A stretch of 64,000 nucleotides of DNA from positions 4,190,388-4,254,387 of the forward strand of contig MU062119.1 of NCBI GenBank assembly GCA_013265495.1, read 5' to 3'. Shown here piece by piece: positions 1 through 11,641 of the stretch. The stretch is from Vicugna vicugna (lineage: Eukaryota). How positions within the stretch are numbered: position 1 is the first letter of the stretch; every line of letters begins with the position of its first letter. A model generated the notes under the pieces. It saw nothing but the letters and a program-made list of their open reading frames with translations, ran no database searches and had not been told where the DNA came from. The position numbers and the translations under genes were made by a program.

Positions 1-591
1 CCTGGGACTTCTCCTGATTTCTGCAAATCTGTGTTTTCCCTGAAGAGTGGGACACCGCCTGTCCTTCAGGGCTTTTGTGAGGGTGGGACTGCTGTGCAGT
101 GCCGCGCAGTGCCAGGCAGAGGTGTGGTCTTCTCTCCCTGGTGGGTTGCTGCCCTCTTGGATAACTGGTAGGGTATTAGCGTTAGAAGCCATGACCTCTG
201 AGCTAGCCCTTGAAAGAAATTAATTCTAGATGGAAATTCTACAGCACAGAACACTCAGTTATCCTGAGACAGACGATGACCAACTGAGAGCTAATTCTCT
301 TTTAGGTAAACTTCAAGTCCTGGTACCACACCTGCCGTGGGACCATTAACGAGAGCCCAGATAACTCAGTGTGGATCATGGCTGAATTTTCTCGGCACCA
401 AGCTTAACTGCTAGAAATCCTTACATTTTAAAATGGAAAAAACAGAGCATAACCAATTTGGAGTCTAGAACAGCTTGTGCACTTTGCCTAAATCCAAAGA
501 AACATTTAAAAAGAAACCACTTCCACCTGGATGGTGGTTTAGTTCGCCGAGTGCTTCCTTGTGCAATTTATGTCACCTTTGCTTCCCTTAG

Positions 592-718
592 TGCTTCGGA
601 CAACATCCCGAAAGCAGATGAGATCCGGACCCTGATCAAGGATGTGTGGGACACTCGCATAGCCAAGCTCCGGGTGTCTGCTGACAGATTCGTGAGACAG
701 CAAGAGTCACATGCCAAG
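592..718 (+). CDS. GINS2: GINS complex subunit 2 (PSF2), penultimate coding exon (exon 4)
   Basis: Reads (H)[42 protein letters not shown], which I recognise as PSF2. Acceptor cccttAG at 590-591, donor AAG|GTGGGT at 719; 127 bp. Confidence 0.97.
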
Positions 719-919
719 GTGGGTGCGCAGCAGGCCTGCCCACGAGGGCCTGACATCTGCATTTCGTCTGGGGTGGGGGGCGTTGCAGGAAGAGATTACT
801 GGCTGTGCTGGGCTCTCAAAAAATTACCTACTCGTTTCTTATTTTTATCCAGTAGATTTGATCTTTTTCTCGAAGGCAGAAACTCAAACCAACCCAGCCT
901 GTTCTCCCTTTTGTTTTAG

Positions 920-1045
920 CTGGATAACCTCACCTTGATGGAGATCAACACCAGCGGGGCTTTCCTCACACAAGCGCTCAATCACATGTACAAACTCCGC
1001 ACAAACCTGCAGCCTCCTGGAGGTGCCCAGTCTCAGGACTTCTAG
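920..1045 (+). CDS. GINS2: GINS2 last coding exon (exon 5)
   Basis: Acceptor ttttAG at 918-919. Reads [44 protein letters not shown] at 1043-1045, in frame with exon 4 across a 201-bp intron. Confidence 0.97.
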   Translation: MDNLTLMEINTSGAFLTQALNHMYKLRTNLQPPGGAQSQDF

Positions 1046-1576
1046 GGAGACTCTGGTTTGTAAAGGCCTCGTGTCTGCCGGCAGGAGGCTCCCCAGCTGG
1101 TGAGTGCGTGCTCAGGACTTGACGGAGGTACTCACATTTCTGGAGCGCAAGAACTACTTCTGAACGTGTGAAAAAAAAAGCTCCGTGAAGCAAGGAATGG
1201 ATTTATAACGTTGGGAAGCAACAGGCTTGTGCTTAGTCCCCAAGGCGCTCATTAATTCCCCGTCTGTATCTAGCAGCCAGCTGTCCTTTTATAGGGGTGG
1301 AGGAGAAAAAGAGCTTTGGCAAAACAATTTTCCCCAGCAGAGACTCAGGTCTCCTGCACAGAACTGTCACAGGCAGGTGAGTATTCACTAATGTCAGGCA
1401 TTGCTTTTAAAAGATAGAGCCACAGTAGGAATGCCAGTGGTGGCTTTGGCCCTTTTTCTTTCTTGCTACTGATCACTTGGATTTAATTTAGAATGTCCTA
1501 CAGAGGTAGTTCACAGAGAGGATAGCAGACGAGTGGCCGGTGACAGCGAGCTGTGTCCATCTGAGCCCTGACACAC

Positions 1577-1617
1577 AGTAAAGATGGATTAGCCCAAATC
1601 TCTGTTGGGTTTGTTTC
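1577..1617 (+). terminator. GINS2: Candidate proximal GINS2 poly(A) signal (variant AGTAAA plus GU-rich downstream element)
   Basis: AGTAAA at 1577-1582, then TGTTGGGTTTGTTT at ~1603-1616. I saw no canonical AATAAA on + between the stop codon and the first gap. Confidence 0.4.
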
Positions 1618-2517
1618 CTGCGTAACTACCCCGACAGGGGCGAGCCAGGTGGCTAAAACAGCCTGATCGACCAAATAGAGAGGTAGGTAGCAGGTGGCCG
1701 TCAGCTTCAGCCCAGGACTCTGCACGTCTCGTTCTCTTGTCTACTCCTGGGTCGGGTCTAAAGGGTGGCTCATCATCAAGGGGAAAGTCAGGGAAAAATT
1801 AATTCCGTGTCACTGAGTGTGAGGGTGAAGCTGAAACACGACACCAGGAGGGAAAGTGGGGACGTGGTGCTGGACGGACTGTTACAGGCAGTGGTGGCTC
1901 GAGAGGTATTTTACTTTCTCCCTAGGAGAAAAACGTGTAGCTGTAGCATTCTGGAATGGCTACGTTCCCTGTAGAAAGCTCTTACCTGAAGAGGGGAATG
2001 ATGGTCTACTCGCGCGCGTGTGGGTTCAGTGAGCAGCTGTTGGCAGCAGTCGCAGCGGCAGTCAGAGGCAGTGGTGCACCAGCTCGGGGGCTTTTTGAGG
2101 CGTGGATGTGCTTGATCAAATGAGGCTAGAGTGCCTGCTGGTCTCTGCCCTTCAGTGTTTCAAGTACAAGCCTCAAGTTACTCGAGCACTGTTTCTCCAG
2201 CCCAGATTGGTGCCTAGCTGTCCCTCCAACAAACAGCTGGTGGCTCTTACTTGAGCACTGAGGGCCAGATGTGGAGGGATCAGGACCCCAAAGACCTAGT
2301 CCTGCCTCTTCAGCTCGCTCTTACACAGAGTCCTTCAGATGTACTTTGGAGACTCTTCTAGCATGAAACGAGCTACTGTGGCAGCTCGGGAGCTGTGCGT
2401 GTCTCAGGTCTCACCCTGAACACCCTTCTCTTAAAGCCTGGCTGAGGTGCAGCCCGGCCTGTCTGCGCGGTTCACCTGCAAAGCTGCAGGATCGTCGAGC
2501 TTTTGTTTTTGAGGGGC

Positions 2518-2523
2518 TTTATT
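2518..2523 (-). terminator. GSE1: GSE1 distal poly(A) signal AATAAA
   Basis: TTTATT on + (AATAAA on -), ~3.7 kb downstream of the predicted stop, consistent with the long GSE1 3'UTR recalled from human. Confidence 0.7.
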
Positions 2524-3216
2524 GCAACATAAAAGATTTTTTCTCAACATGATTTAGGAAGATTTTNNNNNNNNNNNNNNNNNNNNNNNNNNNNNNNNNN
2601 NNNNNNNNNNNNNNNNNNNNNNNNNNNNNNNNNNNNNNNNNNNNNNNNNNNNNNNNNNNNNNNNNNNNNNNNNNNNNNNNNNNNNNNNNNNNNNNNNNNN
2701 NNNNNNNNNNNNNNCCGAGGCACCGTCCCTCCTCCCTCCCGTCCTGGCTCACTGTTCTAGCAGGTAAGCACAGGGCACACACACAGCAACACAGCCGATC
2801 AGCGTGGGCTTCCTCAGGTCAAGGCAGAGCTAAGGGGTGTAAGTGAAGCGCTGGATCAGAAAGTTGGGGACAGACTAATGCAAGTAGTAAGAAAAGTCAA
2901 TAGCTTGGTTACTTGAAAGAGCACAGGGACTGCTGCCAAGTGGCTAACATACACTTGAGGAGTCACAGCATGGACGGTGCTGACCGTCTCCATCTGGTGG
3001 TGGGTCCTTGGAACTTTCTACACCTCAAACCATGGCTCAGAGGGAAAGAGGGGGTCTGATTTAATTTTTGAGATGTGGTAGCATTGTGAGCTACTTGAAG
3101 CACCATCCCATGTATGAACTTTAAGATTTCCTGTTGCAATTCTCTGCTGCTGAAGGTGTGGGCTCCTCTTAATAGTCTGAATTTCCCTGAGGGCATAATC
3201 AATGCCAATCAAGTGT

Positions 3217-3222
3217 TTTATT
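3217..3222 (-). terminator. GSE1: GSE1 alternative (proximal) poly(A) signal AATAAA
   Basis: TTTATT on + within an AT-rich stretch of the 3'UTR. Confidence 0.4.
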
Positions 3223-6200
3223 TACTGTAGAATATAGACTAAGCTGTTGAAAGTCTTGGTCACCTGTCTGAAATAATCGATTAAGATCATGCTATTTTAT
3301 GTCAGTTTGGCTCTGATTATATGAAACAAAGAAAGCCTCATTTTCAAAGGATCAGGTTGTGTGGTGCCAAGTTTGGGGGAAAGCTCTGGGTGGTTTCTGA
3401 CAATCTAACTGTACAAGCCCAGGACTCAGCTTTGGAAGAAATCCCTCACAAGGTCAGTGAAAGCACCTTCGGAGGACAGATGGCAGCGTCTCTCCCAGGT
3501 GCTGCGGGAAGACGCGCGGTCGTGAAGCACTGAGGTCTTCACAAAAATACTGGCAAAAGTTCCATAATCAATTCGATTCTAGGGCAAATGTGGTGTTTCT
3601 GAACGTTGTCATCGCAGTGTGAACCAGCTGAAAACAGTGGCAGGGATTCCCTATTTGTGAATTTTTGTTAAGCCCAGGCTGGAGAGAGACTTATGCTCCT
3701 GCGCTCTTTCAGAATCAGTGTTTTCAGATTATTAACTGAAAAAGCCACGACTGGGTACTGTCTCAGTGGTGCACTTCTGTTTTCAAGACACTTTCTTACC
3801 TTTTTCTTAGTTTATTCATGCTGCCTCACTGGTTTACATCATATTCTGATTGATTGTCATATTACTTCTCGAGCCCGAGCACATTCAGAGAGCCGCACGG
3901 ATGGTTGGGGTACCACGCGGCAGAGCGATGGAGAAGCTCCAGGGGGTGGGGGGGGTGTCACTCGTATAGAGGGAAAAGGTCGTTAGTTTAGCTCTTGGTG
4001 ACACAGCTTCCCTGCCCCGGGCAGGCATCCCTTGAACCCTCCCCTAACTAAAACCCAGCTGAGAGGGTCCCCTCGGGTGGAGGGCTGGTCTGTGCTTTTC
4101 TTCCCCATCAACTTAAATGGACTACTTTTCCCTCAGTGCTGAGTAGCAGAGGCGGCCAGACCCCTGTGATGGAGGAAGAGGACTGGGGGTGAAGTGTAAG
4201 ATGTAACTCAAACCTTCAGACCAGGAACAGTAAGCAGATTATTAAGAGAAATTCAATGATGTTTGGCCCTGATGGTCGGCTGTGGGGCTCCCTCTGAACA
4301 CCTGTGCCCACCTGTGGAACACGGTGCCCTGCGTCTTCGCAGGTAAGGAGGCCCACAGAACAGCCCTTAGTTTTTGTCAAGTCAAGTCATGTCTGTAGAG
4401 AGGAAGGTGCTGGCTGACTGCTGGTAATACTGGCGGCACTTTCTGAGTTTGCTAATAACTGGAAGAGTCTTGGCAGACATACAGAGCAAACTGTGTGGGA
4501 ACAGATAAAGCCACACGCTGCCATCTGCCAGCAAGCTGTTCCACACAGCTAAGGTCTAGGGCTGAGGGCATGGCCACCGGTCACAGGGAATGGCCTTCCT
4601 GAAGGTCAGCCAGCCCTTCCCTGGCCCAGGACCAAGGGGCTCCTCCCCTTCTTTCCCGCCACAGACCAACCACTGGCTGCTATGGCCTCTAGTTCAGGCC
4701 CATTGGGGCACGAGAGCCCCTCCTGATCTGGATTCAGCACTGCTTGAATGAGCAGTGAGTGGGACGGGAAGGAAGCTCTCTCTGCCCGGGCTCTGCACTG
4801 ATAGGATGACGCCTGCTCCTAGCTGCTGCTGTGCTGTCACAGTAGGTTCAAGAGGAGTTGTGCTCAGATACCATTTATCCTACTTTTAGGCTGTTACAAA
4901 GCGCTGCATCTAAAGCCCCTAACTTGCTATTTTGCAGCTGCTCTCAGACTGGACACAGGAACTGCTCACTTCCCAAAGCCCCGTGTCCGTGTGCCCGTGA
5001 AGGTGCACCACAGTAGCTACGGTGTTCCCACTGCAGACCAGCCTCTCCTCACTTAATAGCAACTGGTTAGCGTCGCCATCTGCTGTCTGAGCAGGGAAGG
5101 GGCACAGGCGGAGGTAAAAAGCAGCGCAGGGCTTTCTACATGACCTNNNNNNNNNNNNNNNNNNNNNNNNNNNNNNNNNNNNNNNNNNNNNNNNNNNNNN
5201 NNNNNNNNNNNNNNNNNNNNNNNNNNNNNNNNNNNNNNNNNNNNNNNNNNNNNNNNNNNNNNNNNNNNNNNNNNNNNNNNNNNNNNNNNNNNNNAAAACA
5301 AAAACAAATAAAACCCCCAAACAGGAAAACAAACAACAAAAATCCCCCCAAACCACATATTAAAAATGGCAGGCTTTTTTATNNNNNNNNNNNNNNNNNN
5401 NNNNNNNNNNNNNNNNNNNNNNNNNNNNNNNNNNNNNNNNNNNNNNNNNNNNNNNNNNNNNNNNNNNNNNNNNNNNNNNNNNNNNNNNNNNNNNNNNNNN
5501 NNNNNNNNNNNNNNNNNNNNNNNNNNNATGTGTATACACAGAGCTCGGTACATTCTCCCCCCCCCCACAGAATAATAAAAAGGTACCTTCAGTTTGTTGA
5601 TTTGCTTTATCTTTAGGTAAAGAGCTTTTCCAGGGAAAAGCCTTTGGGTGAGGCTTCAGTACTGTTGCTTTGTGTGCTTTAAGGACCTGTTGCTTTGAAG
5701 GGAATTTTGCAGAAAAATAACTGAAACAAACAAAAAAACCCTTTACTTAAAATGCACCCCGCCTTCCTCCAGCTGAAGCAGGTCTCCTCCGACCTGGGGA
5801 GGAACGAGACCGGCCCCGCCTGCAGCGAGGAGCAAACTGGGTTCTCGAAGCCTGGGAACACGGGAAGGAAGGGCACAGAAGCCGTGGGGTCCGACCTGAC
5901 GCACCCAGGGGCTACAAACGAGAGTTTTAGTGTTGGTAATGGAGCCTTCGTTTTCAGATTAAAAAATGATGGCCTGGGAAAAGAAGAAAACCGCCTTTAA
6001 AAAGAAAAAGCTACGGGCATCCTACATTGGTTGCTCGCTGAATTACAAAGGTGATTCAATTGCATTGAAGTCAAGGCGAGTTCNNNNNNNNNNNNNNNNN
6101 NNNNNNNNNNNNNNNNNNNNNNNNNNNNNNNNNNNNNNNNNNNNNNNNNNNNNNNNNNNNNNNNNNNNNNNNNNNNNNNNNNNNNNNNNNNNNNNNNNNN

Positions 6201-6239
6201 NNNNNNNNNNNNNNNNNNNNNNNNNNNNNNNNNNNNNNN

Positions 6240-6374
6240 NNNNNNNNNNNNNNNNTTAAAGTAGCCCCTAGGCCAATGCATTGCAGGCAACGCAAGGCAC
6301 TTCCGTAAGTGATCCAGTTCTGCCTGGAGTCGCTCCCTTTCTGAAACAATCTTCTGTTTCTGGCTCCTCAACTC
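6240..6374 (-). CDS. GSE1: GSE1 exon 16 (last coding exon; final ~16 nt and stop inferred inside gap 6084-6255)
   Basis: Acceptor ttctctctctcCAG at 6377-6375. Reads ELRSQKQKIVSERERLQAELDHLRKCLALPAMHWPRGYF(K), then N. End extrapolated from the recalled human C-terminus KGYPR*. Confidence 0.92.
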
Positions 6375-7061
6375 CTGGAGAGAGAGAAGTTCAGGTAAAA
6401 CAAACTCATCTCACGCTGCGAGGGAATGGGTGGTGTGCGCTGGAGGCCCCATGGGAAGGAAGCCCTCGCAGCTCGGTGTGCTGGCAGGGGCCTCGGGAGT
6501 CAGCTCCAGCCGGCCCCCAGCCTTGGGCTCTCACAGAACCCGTGTCTGCTGCTGTCTCGGCTTCAACCCTGCAAGAACCAGCCCTGCGTCTAACAGCGGC
6601 TGTGTCAGGAGTGGCCAAGGTGTGTGAGACCTGACCCGAGACGCGGGTGGGGAGGAAGCTTGTGTGGCTGTCGGGCAGGCCGCAGCGGGGGAGGGGAGCC
6701 TGTCCTGCCTCAAGAGCGTTCCTCCTTCCATCCTTAACGAAGCACAGTAGGGGAGTCTGATAAAGGAAGTACACAGTTCCCTCAAAGAGCATCTTCACCC
6801 TTGAGGATCAATACTCTGCAAATTAATGGCAGACAGGTCCTTCCTCAGGTGTATCTTGGGTCATTAACTGATTCCTGAATTTCCCCCTAAGACTACAAGT
6901 TTTGATCTCTCAAGAGCAGGATTCCCTTCAGCAGTTGGCTGTATGGGTGCTCTTGAACCCAAACTTGAAAGGGTGAACAAAAAAAGCATGTATTTGCTTT
7001 CGGAGACCCCCCAGGAGCCCACCGGCAGCCCCTCCGGCCAAGGCAGGGCCCTGAGACTCAC

Positions 7062-7165
7062 CGCCACGCTGTGGGAGAGCTGCTCCGCGCTGCGGCTGAG
7101 GCTGTAGTGCTGGGCCTCCAGCCGCCTGCACTGCGTCTGCAACACCTGCCGCTCCAGGTTCTGCT
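7062..7165 (-). CDS. GSE1: GSE1 exon 15
   Basis: ttttCAG|AG CAG AAC; [35 protein letters not shown]; GCG|GTGAGT; 104 bp. Confidence 0.96.
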
Positions 7166-7379
7166 CTGAAAAGTCAAGCAATGTTGACACATTTTGTGCA
7201 GGCAGGGGCCACGGCCTGGTGGGCGCTCCCCTCCCAGCAGTCCTCTCCTTGGGCCACGCTGCTCCCAGCCGTTTCAGTTGTGCTGGGAAACACCCGAGTG
7301 CCACTAAAGCAAATCTGGCCCAGTGGAATAAAGACTAAAGGATCCAGCGTCGAAAGGCATTTAAGAAATACAGGTTAGG

Positions 7380-8940
7380 AAGTAAGGGTAAACTTATGGC
7401 CTTAAAAAGGATTTTTCAAAAAGAAAGATAGAAAGATAAAAAGAGTTAGGCTTGAAAGCTTTTAAGCTGTTAGAAAAAGACCCAAGTAAACTTAAGAAAT
7501 ATCAAGTATAGTTTTAATTAGTAAGATCTCTGCCTTTCCAAAGGATACTGAACCTGGTTTTAACAGGACTTCAGACCTTCAAGAATAAATGCCTACTTTA
7601 TATGAAATGTTTCAGAGAATGGAAACCAGGAAGGCTACCTAACTGACTTTACAGAAGCCAGAACCATCATGATAGCAAAATAAAGTACAATAAAATCAGT
7701 CTAATATCACTTAAGAACTTAGATTAAAACCTTAATTCAGCTAAGAGGAAGCAACGTCAAGAAAAAAAGCATCAAAAGATGGAAAAAAATAAGGTCCTCA
7801 TCTTGATACATCTAGAAAATACATCGGTGAACTTTCAACAGCCACACAACCGTAAACCCAGCAGCAAATAGGAGCCTTTATTCTTAGTGGAGTGTTTTGA
7901 AAGCTTTGCAAACAAAGGCCCCACCAGTGCCCCTATTCAACAGCCTTGAGATCCTCGGCAGTGCTGTGTGACAAGAAAAAGTACGAATTCAAAAGGAAAG
8001 AACTAAGGTTCTTACCTGCAGGTCTGATCATCTATGATTATCTAAGGAATAACAATGATGAGGTGATGCCTAAACTAAATCTGAGAAAAGTAAACTGCTC
8101 ATGGAGAAAAACAGCAAAAATCTATCACAACTTAATGCCGTATTTGTAGATGGACAGCACTATCGAAGATGTCCATTCTCGGGGAGGGTAGAGCATGTGC
8201 TTGGCATACACGAGGTCCTGGGTTCAAACTCCAGTATCTCCTTTAACAAACCTAACCCCCCCCAAAATGTCTAACCTCCCCAAATCTGTAAATTCAATGC
8301 AACTGAAAAATCTAATGGGATTTTTTGGGGGTGGGACAAATATAAAGTGATCATAAAATTCATTGGGGAAACCGAGGGCCAAGAACAGCTGAGCCATCAG
8401 AAAAGTCAGGGCGAGCTGCCCCAGGCAATGGGGGTGTCGCAAAGCCCCCATGGGGAGAGGGCGCCCCCAAACCCACCAGATAACAGGGTGTCCAGGTGTG
8501 AAAGGTGGAGCTAGATTTCTACCTTAATCCATCCACGGAAATGGAGTCTAGGCCTAAGAAAAGCAGAACTTGAAGACTTAGAAGGAAATGGAGAGTATGT
8601 CCTTGGGGTAAGGAAGGAATTCCCAACAAGACCCCAAAAAGCCAACCCAGAAGAGAGAAACTTCACTCTAGTAAAATAAAATATGATAACATGCAAAATG
8701 AGGATTCCAACTGAAAGAGAAAAGGAAGCAAAATGTAGGTGCCGATGCTCTGACTGTGGCTACAGGGACATTGCTTTCGTCTGTACTAATAAGCTGGGTT
8801 TTAAAATGCTTGTTTTAGGTGCAGTCGAACTGTAGTAATTCTATCTAATAAAACTGGAAAAGGAGAAAAAATTGTAAATGCTTATTTCAAAGTATTACTT
8901 AAATGATCACGATAATCATGATAAAAACGAACACTCCTGT
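7380..8940 (+). mobile_element. Old degenerate LINE-1 ORF2 remnant in GSE1 intron 14
   Basis: A-rich + strand. Segments at 8150-8420 and 8510-8720 resemble the L1 ORF2 motifs 'KMSILPKLIYRFNAIP..FIW' and 'DLGxGKDFLNKTPKA' with many disablements. Borders approximate. Confidence 0.7.
8181..8262 (+). mobile_element. Camelid-type tRNA-derived SINE (Vic-1-like), A-box deleted, nested in the L1
   Basis: GGGGAGGGTA|GAGCATGTGCTTGGCATACACGAGGTCCTGGGTTCAAACTCCAGTATCTCC..AAACCTAACCCCC. Degenerate TSD aagatgtccattctc / aaaatgtctaacctc. Confidence 0.8.
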
Positions 8941-9822
8941 ACAATATGGTAATAAACAGAAAGTGGCGGTGGCGGCCTAGGTTTTGCGAGCGGTGGCTGG
9001 CACCTCCCAACTCTTGTCAGAGCGATGCCTGGCACCGCCAACCTGCTGAGGATGGCGAGCACAGAGGGGCCCCCGTGGGGCCGAGTCAGGACTCTGAGTG
9101 CCTGAGTCAGCGCTCTGCCCCCAAAGGGCCCCCTGCCCGGTTCACTGCAGAGGATAGGGGGGGACCTCCAATTCTCCCTGTGCCAGGCTTAGACCACAGC
9201 CTCTGTCTAACAGGCACAGAGACAGGAGGTGGTGTGCTGGAGGCACAGTGACAGTGCCCGAGCTCTGCCAGCGCGGGCTGCCCAGGCCAGGTGGGCCCAC
9301 ACTCACAGCTGAGCGAGGACAGTCTGCGCTGGTCCAGGACCACAGTGCCTGTGAGGGAAGTCTGCCACCACCCTGAGATGCTTCCAGTGCGGCACAGGCT
9401 CAGGCAGTGACCAGGCCTGCCTCTCTGGGGGCTCTGTGAAGTTAATCAGCGTTGCATTTTCTGGGACCCTTGTGTGTAGCCACAAGTGTCAGGACGGACA
9501 GAATATTTAGGAGCGCAGGGAAAACAGCACAGAGGGCAAGGCCCAGGTTCGCACTGTCATACTGCATGGGGGCGGGAGCTTGGTGCTTAAATTCCACCAG
9601 TGAGAATGACCTCAGTTTTGTCCATGAGGACTTCCATCATAAGGAAGCCAGAGGAACAGTTCTGGAAATAGTGCTGAAGAAAAGGTACCTTCTAGTTTTT
9701 GTTTCTACTTGTGTCCCGGGAACCTCCATCAGTGGCAGGGAAGTCTTGCACCGACCAGTCTATTAAGCTTTCTTGCACTTTCCCGACTGGACCCTCAGCC
9801 TGCTCCCCGCCCCACCGCGTAC

Positions 9823-10101
9823 CTTCTATGTGTTCCTGGTAAGCTTCAAAAATGGCCTCAATCCCTTGCCACTTGCGCCTGGGGGGGTCCTCATCGTCCT
9901 CCTCCCTGTCATCGCTGTCGTCGTCCTCTGAGTCCTGGTCCATCTCCTGCTGGAGGGGGCCCTTCCTCACAGCAGGGGGCTCCTGCTGCCCGTTGTGCTG
10001 GGGCAGGGGCAGCCGGCTCGAGGCCTGCAGCTCAGGAATGTTGTAGTGGACGGACGTGTCAACCTTGTGGTTCTGCTCTGCAGACAGCACAGCTGCGGTT
10101 C
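9823..10101 (-). CDS. GSE1: GSE1 exon 14 (acidic tract)
   Basis: cccCAG|GA ACC; [25 protein letters not shown]...[16 protein letters not shown]...[17 protein letters not shown]; GAAG|GTACGC; 279 bp. Confidence 0.96.
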
Positions 10102-11641
10102 CTGGGGAGGGAAGACAGGCGCGTCACAGGGCCCGTGGGGACCGCGTGCTGGGGGAGGGAGGGGCAGGGAGCAGGAGGACAAGGGGCGACAGCATGACTA
10201 CAGGTCTCCAGCAGACGAGACGAAGTAAGAGAGGCCCGTACCCTTCCCACACCAAAGAAGTGGCTGGAGGAGTCATAAAGACAGTGGCAGCTCTGGGCTC
10301 CCACTGGTCAGAACACGTCTATGATCTCTCAGCTGAGCCGGTCTCTGAGCTGCCACGCCCTGCTCTGTAACACGGGAGTCTCAGCTAGTCTGGAGTCTAA
10401 GCTTGGCCCTCAATAAGCATCACTTCCCTCATGAAATGCAGGCCCTTCAGTCCCGAGCACACCCAGTGCTCTGCCCTGACCAGGACTTCGCTATCACTGG
10501 GGCCTGTTTAGACGAGGTCCACTCTGTCTGCTGGCCCTGCTGGCGGTGGTCTACCAGGTGCACGCTGCCTCCCTGTGGATGGCAGCCTTGGGCAGAGTCC
10601 GAGACCTGCTCAGTCACCGCACTAGGACAGCTCAGCCTGGCAGGGGCTGGATAACTTTAAAATCCCGAGGAAATGGTCAAATGTAATCCCGGAGAGGGGT
10701 TGAAATGAAGCAGGGAAAACGTGTCCGCTGGCCACAGCCTCTGTGGGAGTGTCCTAGAGGGGCACAGAGGGGTTTAACCTAGCCATCTAGTCAAAACATC
10801 TTGAAAAACATGATTCAGGGAACGTCACGACAAACACCCAGTAAAGCCCTCCTCCTGACCTGGGGAATTCTCTTTTTTAAATCACTGTGAAACCCACTGC
10901 CCTTTCTTTCCTTTTTGGGTATCATTTCTTCTCTCCCGACAGCATTAACTTACCTGAAGGACGCTAACAACATCAGACCTGTATGTCTAAAAACGCTCAC
11001 CTATCTCCTCAGCTCTTAGACGTTATCACAGAAAACTGTCAACGGTTTTGGTGTGATAAGCAAGCTCTCTTTCTGGCTCCTGGGGAGCACAACCCTCACT
11101 TATAACTCAGTAGGATCCTCCATATTCACTGAGGGTTCTTTCCTAGTTAATTTCAGTCTAATCTGATTTGGTGGGAATGAAACATAGTGACCTCTGTCCT
11201 CTGACCTGCAGTGGCTCCCACCAAAATGTCCAAGAGGCATGAATCTGGGGGCTCAAACGTGGGGCTGGAGCAACCATTATGTCACTGAGTGCTCGCTGGG
11301 TCTGATCATTGAAGGAAAGGCAGGTTTCCAGGTGAGTCTGTGTGGGGGACTCTGGAAAATGACTACCTCGAGAAGCATGGATCCTATTTTTGCTGGAAAG
11401 GCACCTAGCCTGCCCTTACTGAAAGGGCAGGCCTTACTCAATTCAGATGTAAACTTCCTTCAAGTACAGTTGGCCAGCAGACCAGCATCTCCTGGGAATG
11501 GAGCATTCTCGGTCCCCATCCTGGACCCCCAGAGGCAGAATCTGCCTCTAATAAGAACACCAGGTGTCTCTCGCACCCCGCCCGAGGTTTGAGCGGCGCT
11601 CCGGAACAAAGCAGCAGAGCAGGCCCAGGCGGCCTCGTTAC

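Larger units (their letters stand above)
2500..6239 (-). other. GSE1: GSE1 3'UTR (ends approximate; interrupted by N-gaps)
   Basis: Lies between the predicted stop (~6240, in a gap) and the distal AATAAA. I recognised no interspersed repeats in it. Confidence 0.7.

Noticed and set aside
458-919. 153-aa ORF containing PSF2 sequence
   Set aside because: Only 592-718 is exon; the rest is read-through of the flanking introns, as the splice sites show.
3099-5679. 7mer seeds for miR-29, miR-181, miR-27 and miR-218 in the GSE1 3'UTR
   Set aside because: 7mers in 3.7 kb are expected by chance across many miRNA families, and I cannot test conservation here.
10640-11220. AT-richer segment in intron 13, possible LTR or foreign insert
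   Set aside because: No terminal repeats, TSD or consensus I can recognise; needs RepeatMasker/Dfam.
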